64,000 nt of DNA from Rhina ancylostomus (Eukaryota): the NCBI GenBank assembly GCA_030265395.1, contig JARFYF010000056.1, positions 19,859,636 to 19,923,635 of the forward strand, given 5' to 3'. Shown here in pieces: positions 1-12,670 of this stretch; position 1 is the first letter of the stretch, and each line of letters opens with the position of its first letter. The position numbers and the translations under genes are program-made. The notes beneath the pieces are model-generated. The model saw nothing but the letters and a program-made list of their open reading frames with translations, did not search any database and was not told where the DNA came from.

Positions 1-3000
1 TAGTATAACTGTGCAGGTCCTTCCCCCCCCCCCCCACATGGTTGCCATCATCAACAAACAATGCCTGCCTGAAGCTGAACACCAAATCCTCCTCCTGAAC
101 AGTTCTTTAAGATCCACTCTTACATATTCAGTCACAGTTACCTCATATATTTCTATTGAAAGACAAAGCTGGATGAGGCCTGACGCCCTGTACTCACTAG
201 CTCCTTATTCAGATGGAACAGCTTTGCAATTTCAAATTCTTACTTCCACTTCCTCTAAACATCTCACTTGAAACTACTGGAAAAGGAATCTGGATGGAGA
301 TGGGTAGGACAGGACGACGCCAGTCAGAGGCAATTAGTACAGTTCAGTGTTTATCAGCTGTCACCTATCCCGCTCTGCATCAAAATACAATAATTGCAAC
401 TAATCTAGTCCAATTCATTCTGCATACTCCAAAGTATGGAACAATAATTAAATTAGTCATAACTTTATGTCTAATCTGAAAGTACCTCAAATGTGTTCAT
501 TACATTTGTTAAGTAAAACAAGCTTTTTAAAGGCTTATGGATATTACATTCTGTTCGAAGATCAGATCTTTTTATGAAACACTGTTATTTGAAGAGCAAA
601 GATTGAGATTCAAATGACCTATTGTCTTGACATTTCTTCATGTAAGGGTTCAGAAGTACGTGAAGGTGCAGAAAATATTCCAAACACTCAGTGCATTCCA
701 CATTAGATAAAAAGTCAAATCCAAAGATCTGTGAACAAAAATTCCATTTGAATGCTCCATTTTGCCGCATTATCAATTCATAGTATTTCCCATTGATCAC
801 CATGACACTTGGGTTAAGTGAGGGCTTAAATTATAAACACTTAAAGCATTTGCTATGAATGTGAAAGGTGCATTAGTTTGTTTAGGCATTGTGTCAACAT
901 CTCCCATCTTAAAATCACTGCATATAAATTCCTTTCAAAACCTTTGACTGATATATCCTAAGGTTTTCAAAAGCAAAGGTATAAAGAGAATAAAATTGAA
1001 AAGTTACCCGGTTTCATCATCAGAAGTGACAAGCCAAGGTCTGTGGAAGTAATATGACTTGCCATGAGAATTTTCAGGGGTCCGTATTATATTTATGATG
1101 CTTGGTCATAAACTGGATGGACTTGAATCCAATACTTCTCTTCCTTCAAATGCTTATTTAAAAATAAAAATGTGTCAATTCACACATAGTGAGTTTCAGC
1201 TGTGGTTACATGCTTGATTACTTAGGACCTGTGGTAGGTTTGATGGCAACCATTATAAAAAGCAAAACATGCATGTAATGGTCACCATTGGGATCAGGAT
1301 CAGGAACATCTTCCAAAGTAAACATGAGCAGCACTTTGAATAAACAGTGTAGCATTTATTGGAGATTAGTCTCAAGAAAGATATAAGGGCCTTCAGTTGT
1401 GAAATATAAGGGTTATTTGTCCCTATACACTATCCGCCTTTTTGCATTAATTTATTGCCTTAAGATGGATTTATCTTTTACTTTTGTGCAAGGAAATATC
1501 AAGTGTTCAAAATAAATTATTATCATAGTTAAATAAGAGAAACAGCTGTCAGGATGGGTTTTTTGCCGACTCAGAAATGCTTGGCTCAGTGTAAGGGTTC
1601 TGTATTTTGGCTGAAAATGGCCACTATAACCTGTATCTGGGGATGTAACTGAAACTGACAATAAAGCTAAACATCAGAGGGAATGTGCTCCAGGTTATAG
1701 CTGGCATGTCTGTGTTTATGTCTGCGCACTGAATTCCTCAAAAAATGAATGTATGAGAAACACTGAGATTGTTTTAATCTTTGGAACCATGATGTGAGAC
1801 CCAGCCTGACACATTTGCTCACTTTTGTAGAATTCCATCCCTTTTGATAGTTTGTTAAAACAGTTTTCCAGTAAAGTCACTGAGTCTTGCTAAGCATATT
1901 GGATTATGAAGCAAAAGCAAAAAAAAAAACAGCAATTGACATTTTGAAATGATTTTAATGTTATCCAATTGAAAATATTTCCTATGAATCAGCGATGACA
2001 TTGACTTGACTCTATTCTGTACAGATGCGCACTGAATTTCTTTAACAAGGACTAAGTGCTGGTTGATTGAACAGTTACAATCTGATACAGTAAATTTTCA
2101 TATTTCTTATTTCCTTATCACATAGAAAGAGGTCTATACTAGCTCACAAAGCCATCCCATCCCCCCATTAATTTTCACTGTAAATTATTCATCCCACATC
2201 CCCATGAATTCTACTACCCACCTACATGAGGGTCAATAAATTTTCCAATCTGCATGCCATTGAGATGTAGGAGGAAACCAGAATACCTAGAAGAAACCCA
2301 CGCAGTAACAGGAAGAACGCTCAAGTCCACAGAGATAGACAGGATCAAAGCTAGGTCGCTGGAGATGCACCACACTACCATTCCATCTGACATTAAGGCT
2401 ATGTTGAAGATTCAAATCCCAATCAAATACTGCAAATGATTTCCACTGGGTGCTCAAGTTGTTCACCATAAGTACAGAGTTAAAGTAGAGATGTTTGAAG
2501 CACTTACTGTAAATGTGAAAGGTATATTAATATGTGTAGGTATCATGTCTGTATCTTTCATCTTCCTCGAAGTCATTGCTTTATTGCTTTGCACAAACAT
2601 AAGAGTTCTTCCAGAAACCTGTTTTGTCTTTTGCTAACCAGAGAACAACCCTTTGGATTGTAGAAAATTGGATTTCTCTTTCTAGGAAACTTGCCTTTAG
2701 CTTGTGTGAACTGACTATGTTCAAATAAAATATATGATATTGTGGAACCCTTACGACTGTAAGTACATGAACAATGAAGGGTTTTGCAGTACAACTTCAT
2801 GATTGTTCATAGCTCCAAGGTGGTGAAAATTTTGCTGCCAGTACTATTCTCTGCTTACTGTACAGGCACCACTAGTCCTGTAACATTAGCAAAAGTTCAG
2901 AGTGAAGATGGACATAATCTTTGCTTCACTATTACATTTGCTTCACTATTCCATTCTCAGTCCTCTGGTCAGATTTTTTTATTATTAAGGAACCTTCACC

Positions 3001-4479
3001 TGTTTGGTCAAGAAACAGCTGTCAGTACATAGTGTGACCAGTGATTTTTTAGTTACAAGTTATCACAACCATTTAAGAGCATTGCTCAGTAAACTACTTG
3101 ATGACAGAGCCAATTTTTGTCTTGATAGCTAAAGTCATAAGAAAGTATAAGTGACAGACTTAAAGCTCCATTAAGGAGAGGAAAGTGAATACAATGTTAC
3201 AAATTTAACACCACAAATATCCTTTTATATTCAGCAATATCAATCTCTTCTGTAACAGTGAGAATAAATAAAGTCAGATTTTAGTAGGCAGTTGAGAAAG
3301 CTACAAAGCACTGTGGCTGTACTTTATTATAGCAGGTCAGACGTATGGACTGAGTGACCTGGAAGAAGTTGCACGGATTGATGAATTGCACACCATTCAT
3401 GTCACAGAGACCCAGTGGAATCATTCCAATCAGTGGGACGCAGTCTGAAAGAATGTAAGTTGTGTTGCAGAGATTGCACCAGGAGAAAAGGGGCTGCGTA
3501 CTAATATATTGGCACAAGGGAGAGAAGTTATAAAAAGGAAAGGTCAGAATTAACCCCTTGTGATAGGAGACCCTGATAGGTTTGGGGATGTATGTGGGGG
3601 ATAAATGAAAAATTGTGAAACAGGACCCAAGTTTTCTCTACAAACACATTTGATGCCGGTGGCTTATGAATGTCCAAGTATGGAGAAGCAGTGCAGACCA
3701 TTAACATTATTAAATTTAGCTTTCATGGGATATTGGGAGACTAATCTAAAATTACCAGTTCCTGTTTCCCACAGAAAGGAAATTAGGAGCTGCTGGCTTC
3801 ACATTGTGGATGTTCTTCCCACCATNNNNNNNNNNNNNNNNNNNNNNNNNNNNNNNNNNNNNNNNNNNNNNNNNNNNNNNNNNNNNNNNNNNNNNNNNNN
3901 NNNNNNNNNNNNNNNNNNNNNNNNNCATTCCTTGTGAACCAGAAGGAACCTGACCCCCCTTTCTACTCCTCAGTGCACCTCAGTTATCATTCCCCTACTA
4001 CCCCATGGTGTCTAGCATCCCCACCACTGGAGAATATCCTCAAGGTTCACTGACTCACAGCAGCTTCCAGAGGCAAGTTCGTACAGCTATTAAAGTGAGC
4101 AACACATCTGTGTCCCAGGCTTTACCTGATTTCCCTGCACTCCTGGTCCCCATGTAGATATCAGGACAAATGACATTTTAAGGATTGGATGTTACTAAAA
4201 CCCATTAAAAATTGCCAACTTTATATGATATATTCAAATAGATTGGTTAATGGACAGAAAGGAGAGAGCAGGAATAAAAACATATTCTGTTTGATAGACT
4301 GTTAATAATGAGGTACAGGGTTAGAGAAAGATTGACAAGGAGGTGCCAAGAGGCTGTTTCCTGCAGCTGGAGGGTCAAGGACTGCAGGGCATGGTCTCAG
4401 ATTTAGCATCTATCACATTTTCACTGAACACTCAGATCCCGAAAACGGAGTGTAAAAGGTCTCCTCATCCCCACTCTAT

Positions 4480-4960
4480 AGATCTGTCACAAGAGATTTT
4501 GAATCAATGACCTCTGGTTATTGCAAGAGGAAATAGTTTTTCTCCGTCAACACCATCAAAATTTATTATGTTGCAAAATATTTATTAAGTCACCACATCA
4601 GCTTCCATTGCTCGAGCATGATCTTCTTCCAACATTCCTTAAGTAAAAACCCTCATTGCTGGTAACTTGGAAAATCTTTTCTATATCTTCCTAAGGCCTC
4701 TGGCACTCCTGAAGTGTGGTGTCCGGTACCTCCAGCTGAAGTTTATCAATTGATTTTAAAAATANNNNNNNNNNNNNNNNNNNNNNNNNNNNNNNNNNNN
4801 NNNNNNNNNNNNNNNNNNNNNNNNNNNNNNNNNNNNNNNNNNNNNNNNNNNNNNNNNNNNNNNNAGCATAACGTCCCTGCTGTTATATTCTGTAGTTTTA
4901 TCTATAAATCCAAGTAACCTTTGGGCTTTCTTAACCAACATCAGCCTTGATACATTTAAA
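4480..4960 (-). mobile_element. Degenerate CR1-type LINE fragment
   Basis: Minus ORF VKKAQRLLGFIDKTTEYNSRDVM resembles CR1 'KKAN.MLGFI.R.IEYKS.EV'. Confidence 0.65.
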
Positions 4961-5229
4961 AATTTGTGTGTTTACAATCCAAAGATGTTCTGTTTTACAT
5001 TCTGTTCTTCTGATTTTCTATACCCTTCAAAACTCCACCTGCCATGATCCTGCTCTTTCACCATAGTGTCAATGAAATCCTGAAGTCTGCATTGATCCTT
5101 CATTTGGGATATTCCAGCAATGTTTTAATATGCTAAAAAAGTCTACATTGAGACAAATTAGTGAGGTGATACTGCCTCTTGAAAATAATTTGTTTTACTT
5201 TATCAAACTTATGCTGTAATTGACCTGTT

Positions 5230-5625
5230 ATTGTTTGGTGGAACAGTGTACACTGAGTTTGAAGCTGCATCTAATTCATTCTCTAGGTGCCTGGCTAAAT
5301 ATAGAGGGAATTCTGTCGAACCCATCCATGCTCCCCATGGAATGTTTAATAGGACAGTACAGAGGGACTGTACTCTGTATTGAATTCATGTTGTGCCTAT
5401 CTATGAGTGCCTCTGGAAGAGTGTGGATGGAGCATTATAAATATCTAATCTATGCTGGCGTTTGGTAGGACAGTGTGTAGGGGCCTTAGTTCTGATCTGC
5501 CTTTGTCTGCCCTTTTAGTGGAACGGTGCAGAGGAAGCTTTACTCTGCAGCTAACCTGTGCATTACCTGCCCTGAGAGAATTTGATTTGTGAAATGCAAT
5601 GATTTAGATGTTTGATGAGGAAGTG
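5230..5625 (+). repeat. Degenerate tandem repeat, unit about 65 bp (ggacagtgtagagggagctttactctgtatctaac...tgccctgggagtgtttgat)
   Basis: About 6 diverged copies of the ggaacagtgt/aggacagtac...tactctg...gtttgat motif. Confidence 0.65.
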
Positions 5626-6379
5626 AAAAAGTGTTCCATTGTCAGAAGATATTAAGCATGGTAGATAGTTCATTTAAATCCATCTCAATGACTGTGGATA
5701 CTGTTTCTGCCAACAAATCCACACTATTTTCTTTGGAACATTCCAACTCTTGTTATTGATATTATTACATTGACAAATTCTGGGAAACAAAAACACCAGT
5801 GAGTTCTAGAAACCTGACAATAGGACAGTCTGTCACTCTGCACTGTAACCAATAATTTGTGCCAGTGATCAAATACTTTATTGTTCATGCAAGTTCCCTA
5901 AAATATTTTGACAGTTTTTAATAACCAATAAATTGTTATTGGATGAACATTGACTAGATTTATTTGTAACATCTGATCTTGAATGTTTATTGGAACAAAA
6001 TTTATCACTGAGACACTGTTTAACTTCTAACTTCACCAACTTCTTTATGGGTTTGTTCAGTACTTTAATCTATTTACATTCACTTTTAAAATATATGGCA
6101 TCTTGAGTAATAACAATTAGTTATATAACATCAACTAAAGTAAATAGATCAAATTGTGGGTTACTGCTGGGGAAGCCCCTCAGTTCACTGTTAGTGCTTC
6201 AGGGAGTCTATTCGGTTTACTATTCATTAGTGCTGGGGAGACCATCACCTTGCCACCAGTTAATGCTAGGGATTACATTTAGCTTCCCACTGATGTGGTA
6301 GCCCAAAACTAATTTGTCAAGAGGATAGTCACAAGAGTGCAGTATTAAGGGGTCGTAAAAGAGTGTATAGAGGACAGGA

Positions 6380-8720
6380 GAGGCAAGTGGCACCAGAATA
6401 AAGGAATAGGAGGGATGCAATGGGCAAATGCAAGTTTGATGAGCTATGTCCACAAGGCTCCATCTGAAATTATAATCTAATGGTAATAAGAGAGATGAAG
6501 GGGGCGAAGTGGAATTTAACATTCTTGGCTTCAAAGGATTCTGGAATGTTGGGAAGGGAAAAAAGCAGAGACAGCAATATTAATTGAATAAACTATTATA
6601 AAAGTGAAGAGGATTATTGTAGTCATGTTCCCAAAGATAGAGTTTATTTGGTTCATATTAAGGATCAATAATACACTGGATGTATACAATACCTGCTAAA
6701 CAATGGGAAAGAGAAAGATGCACAAACTACTATTGAGTGGTAATGGGACACTTCAATTATCATAATATAGATCAAGATAGTCATTCTACAGAGGGCAAAA
6801 AGATTCCCGAAATGTGCAGAACTATCTTGATTGTTATGTTTCCAACCAGAAAGGAAATAAGCAATGCCAGATCCAGCATTAGTGAATGACTAGGGTGAGT
6901 GGGGAAAACGATCATAATATCAAAATGCAAAAAAATCCTGCAAATGATGGAAATCCAAAATAAAACAGAAAATGCAAGAAATACTCAGGAAGTCAGGGAC
7001 CATACTTGGGTTGATGATTTTTCAACAGAACTAGAAAAAATTGTAATGTCAACATGTTTTCATTTGCAGAGAAGAGGCATTTGTGGAAAGAACAAAATAA
7101 TGTCTTTGATAGATTAAAGACCAAGAGAAACTGAGTGACACATATGGTGTTAGTGCTAACAGAGAGAGGGCAGTGAAGTCTTGTTACCCAATGCTGGAAC
7201 AATGAAATAAAAACACTGCTGTTACGGGAAACTTAGCAGGTCAGTCAACATCTGCGCATGAAGAAAAATGGAGTTAATATAGCTGGTTGATGACCTTTCG
7301 TCAGAACTGGCTGGGCTGGTTGTCTGGCATTGTTGAATTCATTGTTAGTCCAAAGAGTTGTAACATGCCAAGACAGCAAATGAGACGCTAATCCTCAAGT
7401 TTATGTTGGGCATTGTTGGAACAATGGCAGAGGCCAAAGAGAGAGAGGTCAGTGGGGTGGAGAATTAAAGTGACCGGTAACTGGAAGCTCAAAGTTACCC
7501 TTGAAAATAGAAGGGAGGTGTTCTGCAGAGCATTTGCCCAACCTGTGTATGGTTTCTCAGCGGTGAAGACCATATTATTAGCACTGAATGTAGTAAACTC
7601 AATTGGAAGAAGTACAAATAAATTTAAAAATTAGAAAAATTACAGAAATAGAATACATCCTAAAGTGAAAGTATATTGAGTTGAAACAAGTTCTGGATAA
7701 GGTGGGCTGGAGTCAAAATATTGTTAGGCTGCCTTGGGAAGCATGCAAAGGAATGATGGTGTGAATATAAGGTAGACAGGACAACTAAAGGTAAAGGATA
7801 AAATGAGTTGTAGTGAAGGGGCTCATTAACTATTGTGAGGTTCATACCAAGTACCAAGATGAAAGTGGAAAGTACAGGTGAAATCCAAAAGAAATTGACA
7901 AGGGGGGAAAGGTGGCAAGGAGAGAGTAAAGAGAAAAGATTCATTATTAATAAATTCATTATTAAATGAAAAGGGAACTCCAACCTCTTCAATAAACCTA
8001 AACAGTGAAAGGAAAGTCAAAGAAAAAGTGAGACNNNNNNNNNNNNNNNNNNNNNNNNNNNNNNNNNNNNNNNNNNNNNNNNNNNTGAAGTACTAAATGT
8101 GTCGTTCGCATCTGCTTACACTAGAGAATAGAATGCTGGCAACATAACAACATGAGGAGGCAGCAGTGAAATTGGAGAATATAATAACACAGGTAGTATT
8201 TAAGAGACTGGCAATCCTCAAAGTAAAAAATGTCACCTCATCCGGATAGGATGCATCCTGGTTTACTCTGGGAAATTGCGGAGGATCTGGAACAATTGTC
8301 CCATCTTCCTTAAATGTGGGAAAGTGCCAAGGTACTGGGGGATTGCAAATTATCTTTTTGCTTTAACATAAAAGGAGATAAAACAAAACCTTTGCAACCA
8401 CAAGTCATTCAGCCTAAACTGTATAGACAATAATCTGGGACAAAATTAATTAAAAATTAATGGGTTAGTACACGAAAACCAATGCAGATATATCAAAGCT
8501 GAATAACAGTTAGCTAACTTGACTGATTTGTTAATGAAGTATCAGAGGGGATGATGAGGATAGGATGATATACAATAAAAGCAGAAGAAAGTAACGTATA
8601 ATGGGCTTCTTGGCAGAGTTGAAACCCCTTAGATTAAAGTGGGTTTGGCAGTCCGAATATAAATTGGCTATGAAACAGAAGGAGACAGTGGATCTGACAG
8701 GCTTTTTCGAATAGATGGAA
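6380..8720 (+). mobile_element. Highly degenerate CR1-type ORF2 (endonuclease to RT), interrupted by Penelope-like remnants at about 6925-7625
   Basis: Nucleotide motifs such as gaagtactaaatg..gcatctg, ggataggatgcatcc, gtgccaaggtactgggggattgcaaat and ttcagcctaa are typical of the CR1 RT N-terminus. No open frame. Confidence 0.5.
7195..7625 (-). mobile_element. Penelope-like element 3' remnant (GIY-YIG C-terminus and terminal repeat)
   Basis: Minus translation LSLFGLCHCSNNAQHKLED*RLICCLGMLQ resembles PLE 'GLLHC..EA.RKLEEQHLIFRLG.LQP'. Confidence 0.6.
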
Positions 8721-9729
8721 AGATACAGAGCTACTTTTCTCACCATTATACAAATAAAATGTGATTTTGCCACAAATGACGCATGAACAACTATTTCAGG
8801 GATTTGTTTTGTGTCATTTGGACAATTCATTCCAGTTCGGGATGATCCTTGGGACTGTTACTTGACTTCCATGTTAAGGATCCACAGATTGACTTCATTG
8901 ATTATGCAACATTGTTTTTGGAAAATTGCAGGGGAACTTGGATCATCTTTGGGTGCCCATCATTGAACACTCCTGGGGCAATATTGTCATACTCTAGCAC
9001 CACTGGAGAACTAATAAATTATTTACCTACTTCCTTAGGTGCCCACCCTATTCCTGGCAGTGCACTGATCCCCTATCATCCTGATCTTCAACCTGCCTGC
9101 AACTCCCAGATCCCATAGTTCCCAAGCAGGATACTTCTCTCTCTTCTTATCCTCAACAGGAATCCCAGTTCCTTCTCCCCGTATTGATCCCCATCTGGAG
9201 TGCCTTCCTTAATTTTCCAAGAAGAATTGTTTTCCTTCCCCAAATGCCCCTCTCCCAACCTCCCCAACATCCCTTCTTCCTGCTTCTATACCCTGACCTT
9301 AGCCTGGGAGAAGAAGACTGGGTAGCACATTTTTCCCAATCAAAACGTGCGGTGCTCAATCACTTGAGACTCCATTGCAACTGAATTTAGATATAGTGTG
9401 CCAACAACTAAAACATTTGCTGTACCATTGCATCCATGCCATTCTGGCACACCCTCTAGGGTGCAGTAAATTTTCAAAGCATTCATCTTTTTTTGTTTTA
9501 ACTACAGTTAAATAGATCTCCATAGAAATGCAGCCCACATTGCCTTACTGAACTGGTACACAGCTCCTGTCCATGGTATTACCACTGGCACCAACCACAC
9601 ATCTCTGGCTCACAATTCTTGGGCAAGAGCAGGGTCTGTGATCACCCAGAAAACATGAAGCCAGTGGAATTTCAGCAGCAGTTGAATTTATGAAGAAATC
9701 CACCTATTATTTGAACAATATACTGTATG

Positions 9730-9905
9730 TGTGGAAGCACACGTTATGCTTGTGCATATCTGTACATGTGTGTGAGTGCGCATGTATGTGTATGCATCTA
9801 TATCAATCTGTGTATGCACCTATATCAATTTGTGTGTGTATGTGTGCATGTGTGCATGTGTGTGTGTGTGTGCGTGCGTGCATGTGTGTACCAATGTGCA
9901 TGAGT
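9730..9905 (+). repeat. Imperfect (GT)n/(GTGCAT)n microsatellite
   Basis: Directly visible. Confidence 0.9.
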
Positions 9906-11299
9906 GTCCATTTTTAGCGCGTATTGCAGCCAAACTGCTTCCACAAACTTTGAATTGCTTTGAATGTCTACTCAGTTATTCCTTAATTTTTTCTTTAAAC
10001 ATAATTTTTTCCAAAGAATGACAGAGGATCTCTTACAGAAATTTCGAACATACTCCATATTACATCTGTCTTGAGAAATGTTTTTAAAAAGAATTAATTC
10101 AAAAGAATGACATTTTCCATTGGCAATACTACACACTTCTTTGAAGAAAGCTGAATGAATTTGACAAGAGTGCAGTGCTCTGATGGACACCAGCTCTTCT
10201 GAGAAATGCACACCACAGGTGCATAAAGCTGTCCTCAGCAGCTGTGCTGAATGTTTTATTGCTCTCTGATAACTGATAGCTCTGATGGGACATTCTGAAT
10301 ACACATTTATCACAACAATCATGGAAGCATGGTTGATATTGATGTAATAGTGAAAGAAATTGCATGCAATCCAAGACTAGCTTACACATACTGCTGTCTG
10401 GTACTGGACAGCTCACGTCTCAACATTAATTCCTGTTTATAAACTGTAAAGTGGAATAAAAAGGAGGATTAAGTCTCTGCAAAAGCAATTCATGCAATGT
10501 TAATTCATTCTTCTGAAAGGAACAAAATGGATAAGTTGAAATGAGGGCAATGTCAAGCACACCGCCAGTCCACACAAGTCAGTCTCATGTGTGCTCTTTT
10601 CAGAACAAGTCTTGCCTTTGTGAGTGGTATCAGAAGTTTGGATGTGTGTGAAATTCCAATTATTAATGTAAATGGTCAGGAAGTTTTAAAAGCATCATCT
10701 CTCCACATTCTGAATGCGTACTCTTTCTGAGTGGAATGATGAATGAGAAAAGGAGCTCTTCAGTAGGAAATGCTTTTCTTGGGGTTACCTGTGTTAACAA
10801 AACTTCCTCTTTGAAATTATGTTCTTTTATGGCGAGAATTGTCTGGGATTTGTAAAGTGCCCCTCTCCTTGTACCATCTTGTCTTGGACATATTTTTGGC
10901 CATTCCTTCATTGTCAGAATTCTGAAATGTCCTCTCTCAGAATGTGAGACCACCTTGACCATGTGAACTGCCCTCATTCAAGAAGGCAGCTCATTACCAC
11001 CTACTTAAGGATAACTGGGGCTGGACAGTGGTGACCAATGGGCTAAGTTGGCTCTTCACACGGCCACTTTCTTGTGGATAAGTTAGTTCATATCTAATTA
11101 TGAATATATGCAGCATGTGTATAGGTTTGTTGTTGTATACATCAAGGATGTTTATTGGCACAATATTTCTGTACAGTGCAGTTTTACTCACAATGCAAGG
11201 GCTTCAATGAAGAAATTATATCGTGGTGAGTTGGTCCCATTGTCACAGGGAAAGAAAAGAGGGGATAAAAATTGAGTCAGATGAAAAAATAAAGGGGAA

Positions 11300-11571
11300 T
11301 GTTGAGGGTTGCCGGCCCTCAAAGTTGAAAAGGAACTCAGTTTGTAAAGAATACAAGTTTAATTGCTGAAGGAGCTAAAGGTGGAAATTGCAAAGTTCCA
11401 TCCACAATCTTCCAGTACTGCTTGGATGTGAAGATAGTGCCAGAGAGCTGGATGATTGCAAATGTTATACCACTGATCAACAAAGAGAGTGGGATAAGCC
11501 CAGTAAATCCATTTTAGGTAGTGGAGAAAACTTTAGAGACAGCAGTCTGGGGCAAAATTAGTTGCACTTAG

Positions 11572-11575
<4 letters not shown>
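11300..11575 (+). mobile_element. Degenerate CR1-type RT fragment
   Basis: gtgccagagagctggatgattgcaaatgttataccactgatcaa...gataagcccagtaa, the nucleotide motif for 'VPEDW.IANV.PLFKK..KP'. Confidence 0.55.

Positions 11576-11618
<43 letters not shown>
11576..11618 (+). repeat. (CA)n microsatellite, about 21 units
   Basis: Directly visible. Confidence 0.97.
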
Positions 11619-11620
<2 letters not shown>

Positions 11621-12139
11621 TTGTTGCCTGACATACAGTTCCTTGACTGAATAAAACAACTTTTCTTCCCAAAAGAAGATTGAAGTTACAAATACAACAT
11701 TTTTGCAGACATTGAAACAAATTCCACTTTTAGAATCTTCTCAGTGTCACACATAGGCTCTGAACAGAGGGAGTTAACCACAGACCCAGCCCCACAGCAT
11801 TGGAGAATGCCTCACACATCAGCTGCTTGCTGGCTGCTACAATCTGAAAACTTTTGCTTGGGGTGAGGAAATGTTCTTGGGCAACAGCTGCCATTACTTT
11901 GGGACGTTGTCATTGCTCTCTAAATGCACACTGTACTTCGTGTCCCCTTCAGCTGCACTTAAAGACAAATGGGTAAAGCGGGAAGGTCAAACGAAACCAT
12001 TAAGGACTTCACCACAGCAACGGAGATAATTTTTAACAACCTCCTTTGAAAGTTAGTTCCATATATGATCATTCATTTGCTGTTTCATTGAGAATTGACA
12101 GTGCTGCGCAGTGGTTCAAGATGCTGGTCAAAGGGTACT

Positions 12140-12670
12140 ATGTGTGTGAGAAGGAACTGGAATAATATCAAGATAGATATAGTGCACAGTGTAAGGTGTT
12201 GGGGCTGGATTACTAAATTACAGTGTAAACCAGTTGGATAAACATCAGTGGAGACATAATCAGTGACACAAGATGCTGGGCAAAGGGGTTACTGACTGAC
12301 AGTGAAAAGAACTGGATTAACATCAGTAAAGACACAACTAGTGATACAGGCTAGGCTAGTTACTGAGTAATGGTGTGAGGGAGCGGGATTAACATCAGTA
12401 GTATTATGATGTACTGGGAGTAGAACCAGTGAGTGATTGTGTAAAAAAGCTGGATAACTGGCAAAGATACAATCAGTGGCACTAGGTGATGGGAGGAGAA
12501 ATCAGCAATTATCAGTGTGAAAGCTGGATTCACGTCAGTGACATGGGGTGCTGGGGGAAAGGTTGCTGTGTCAGTGTGAGAGAGTTGGACTATCAGTAGA
12601 GATATAGACAGTGAGTGCTGGTGGTGGAATTACTGAGTGACAATATGAGGAACCTGCATTAACCTCAGGA
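12140..12670 (+). repeat. Degenerate tandem repeat, unit about 70-80 bp
   Basis: Recurring gtgtga..gagctggattaacatcagt.gaga.ac..tcagtgac...gtgctggg...ttactga motif, about 7 copies. Confidence 0.7.

Noticed and set aside
1008-1152. In-frame TGA as selenocysteine
   Set aside because: No similarity to selenoprotein motifs and no SECIS evidence.
9690-10021. Cys/Val-rich ORFs
   Set aside because: Translation of a (GT)n-type microsatellite.
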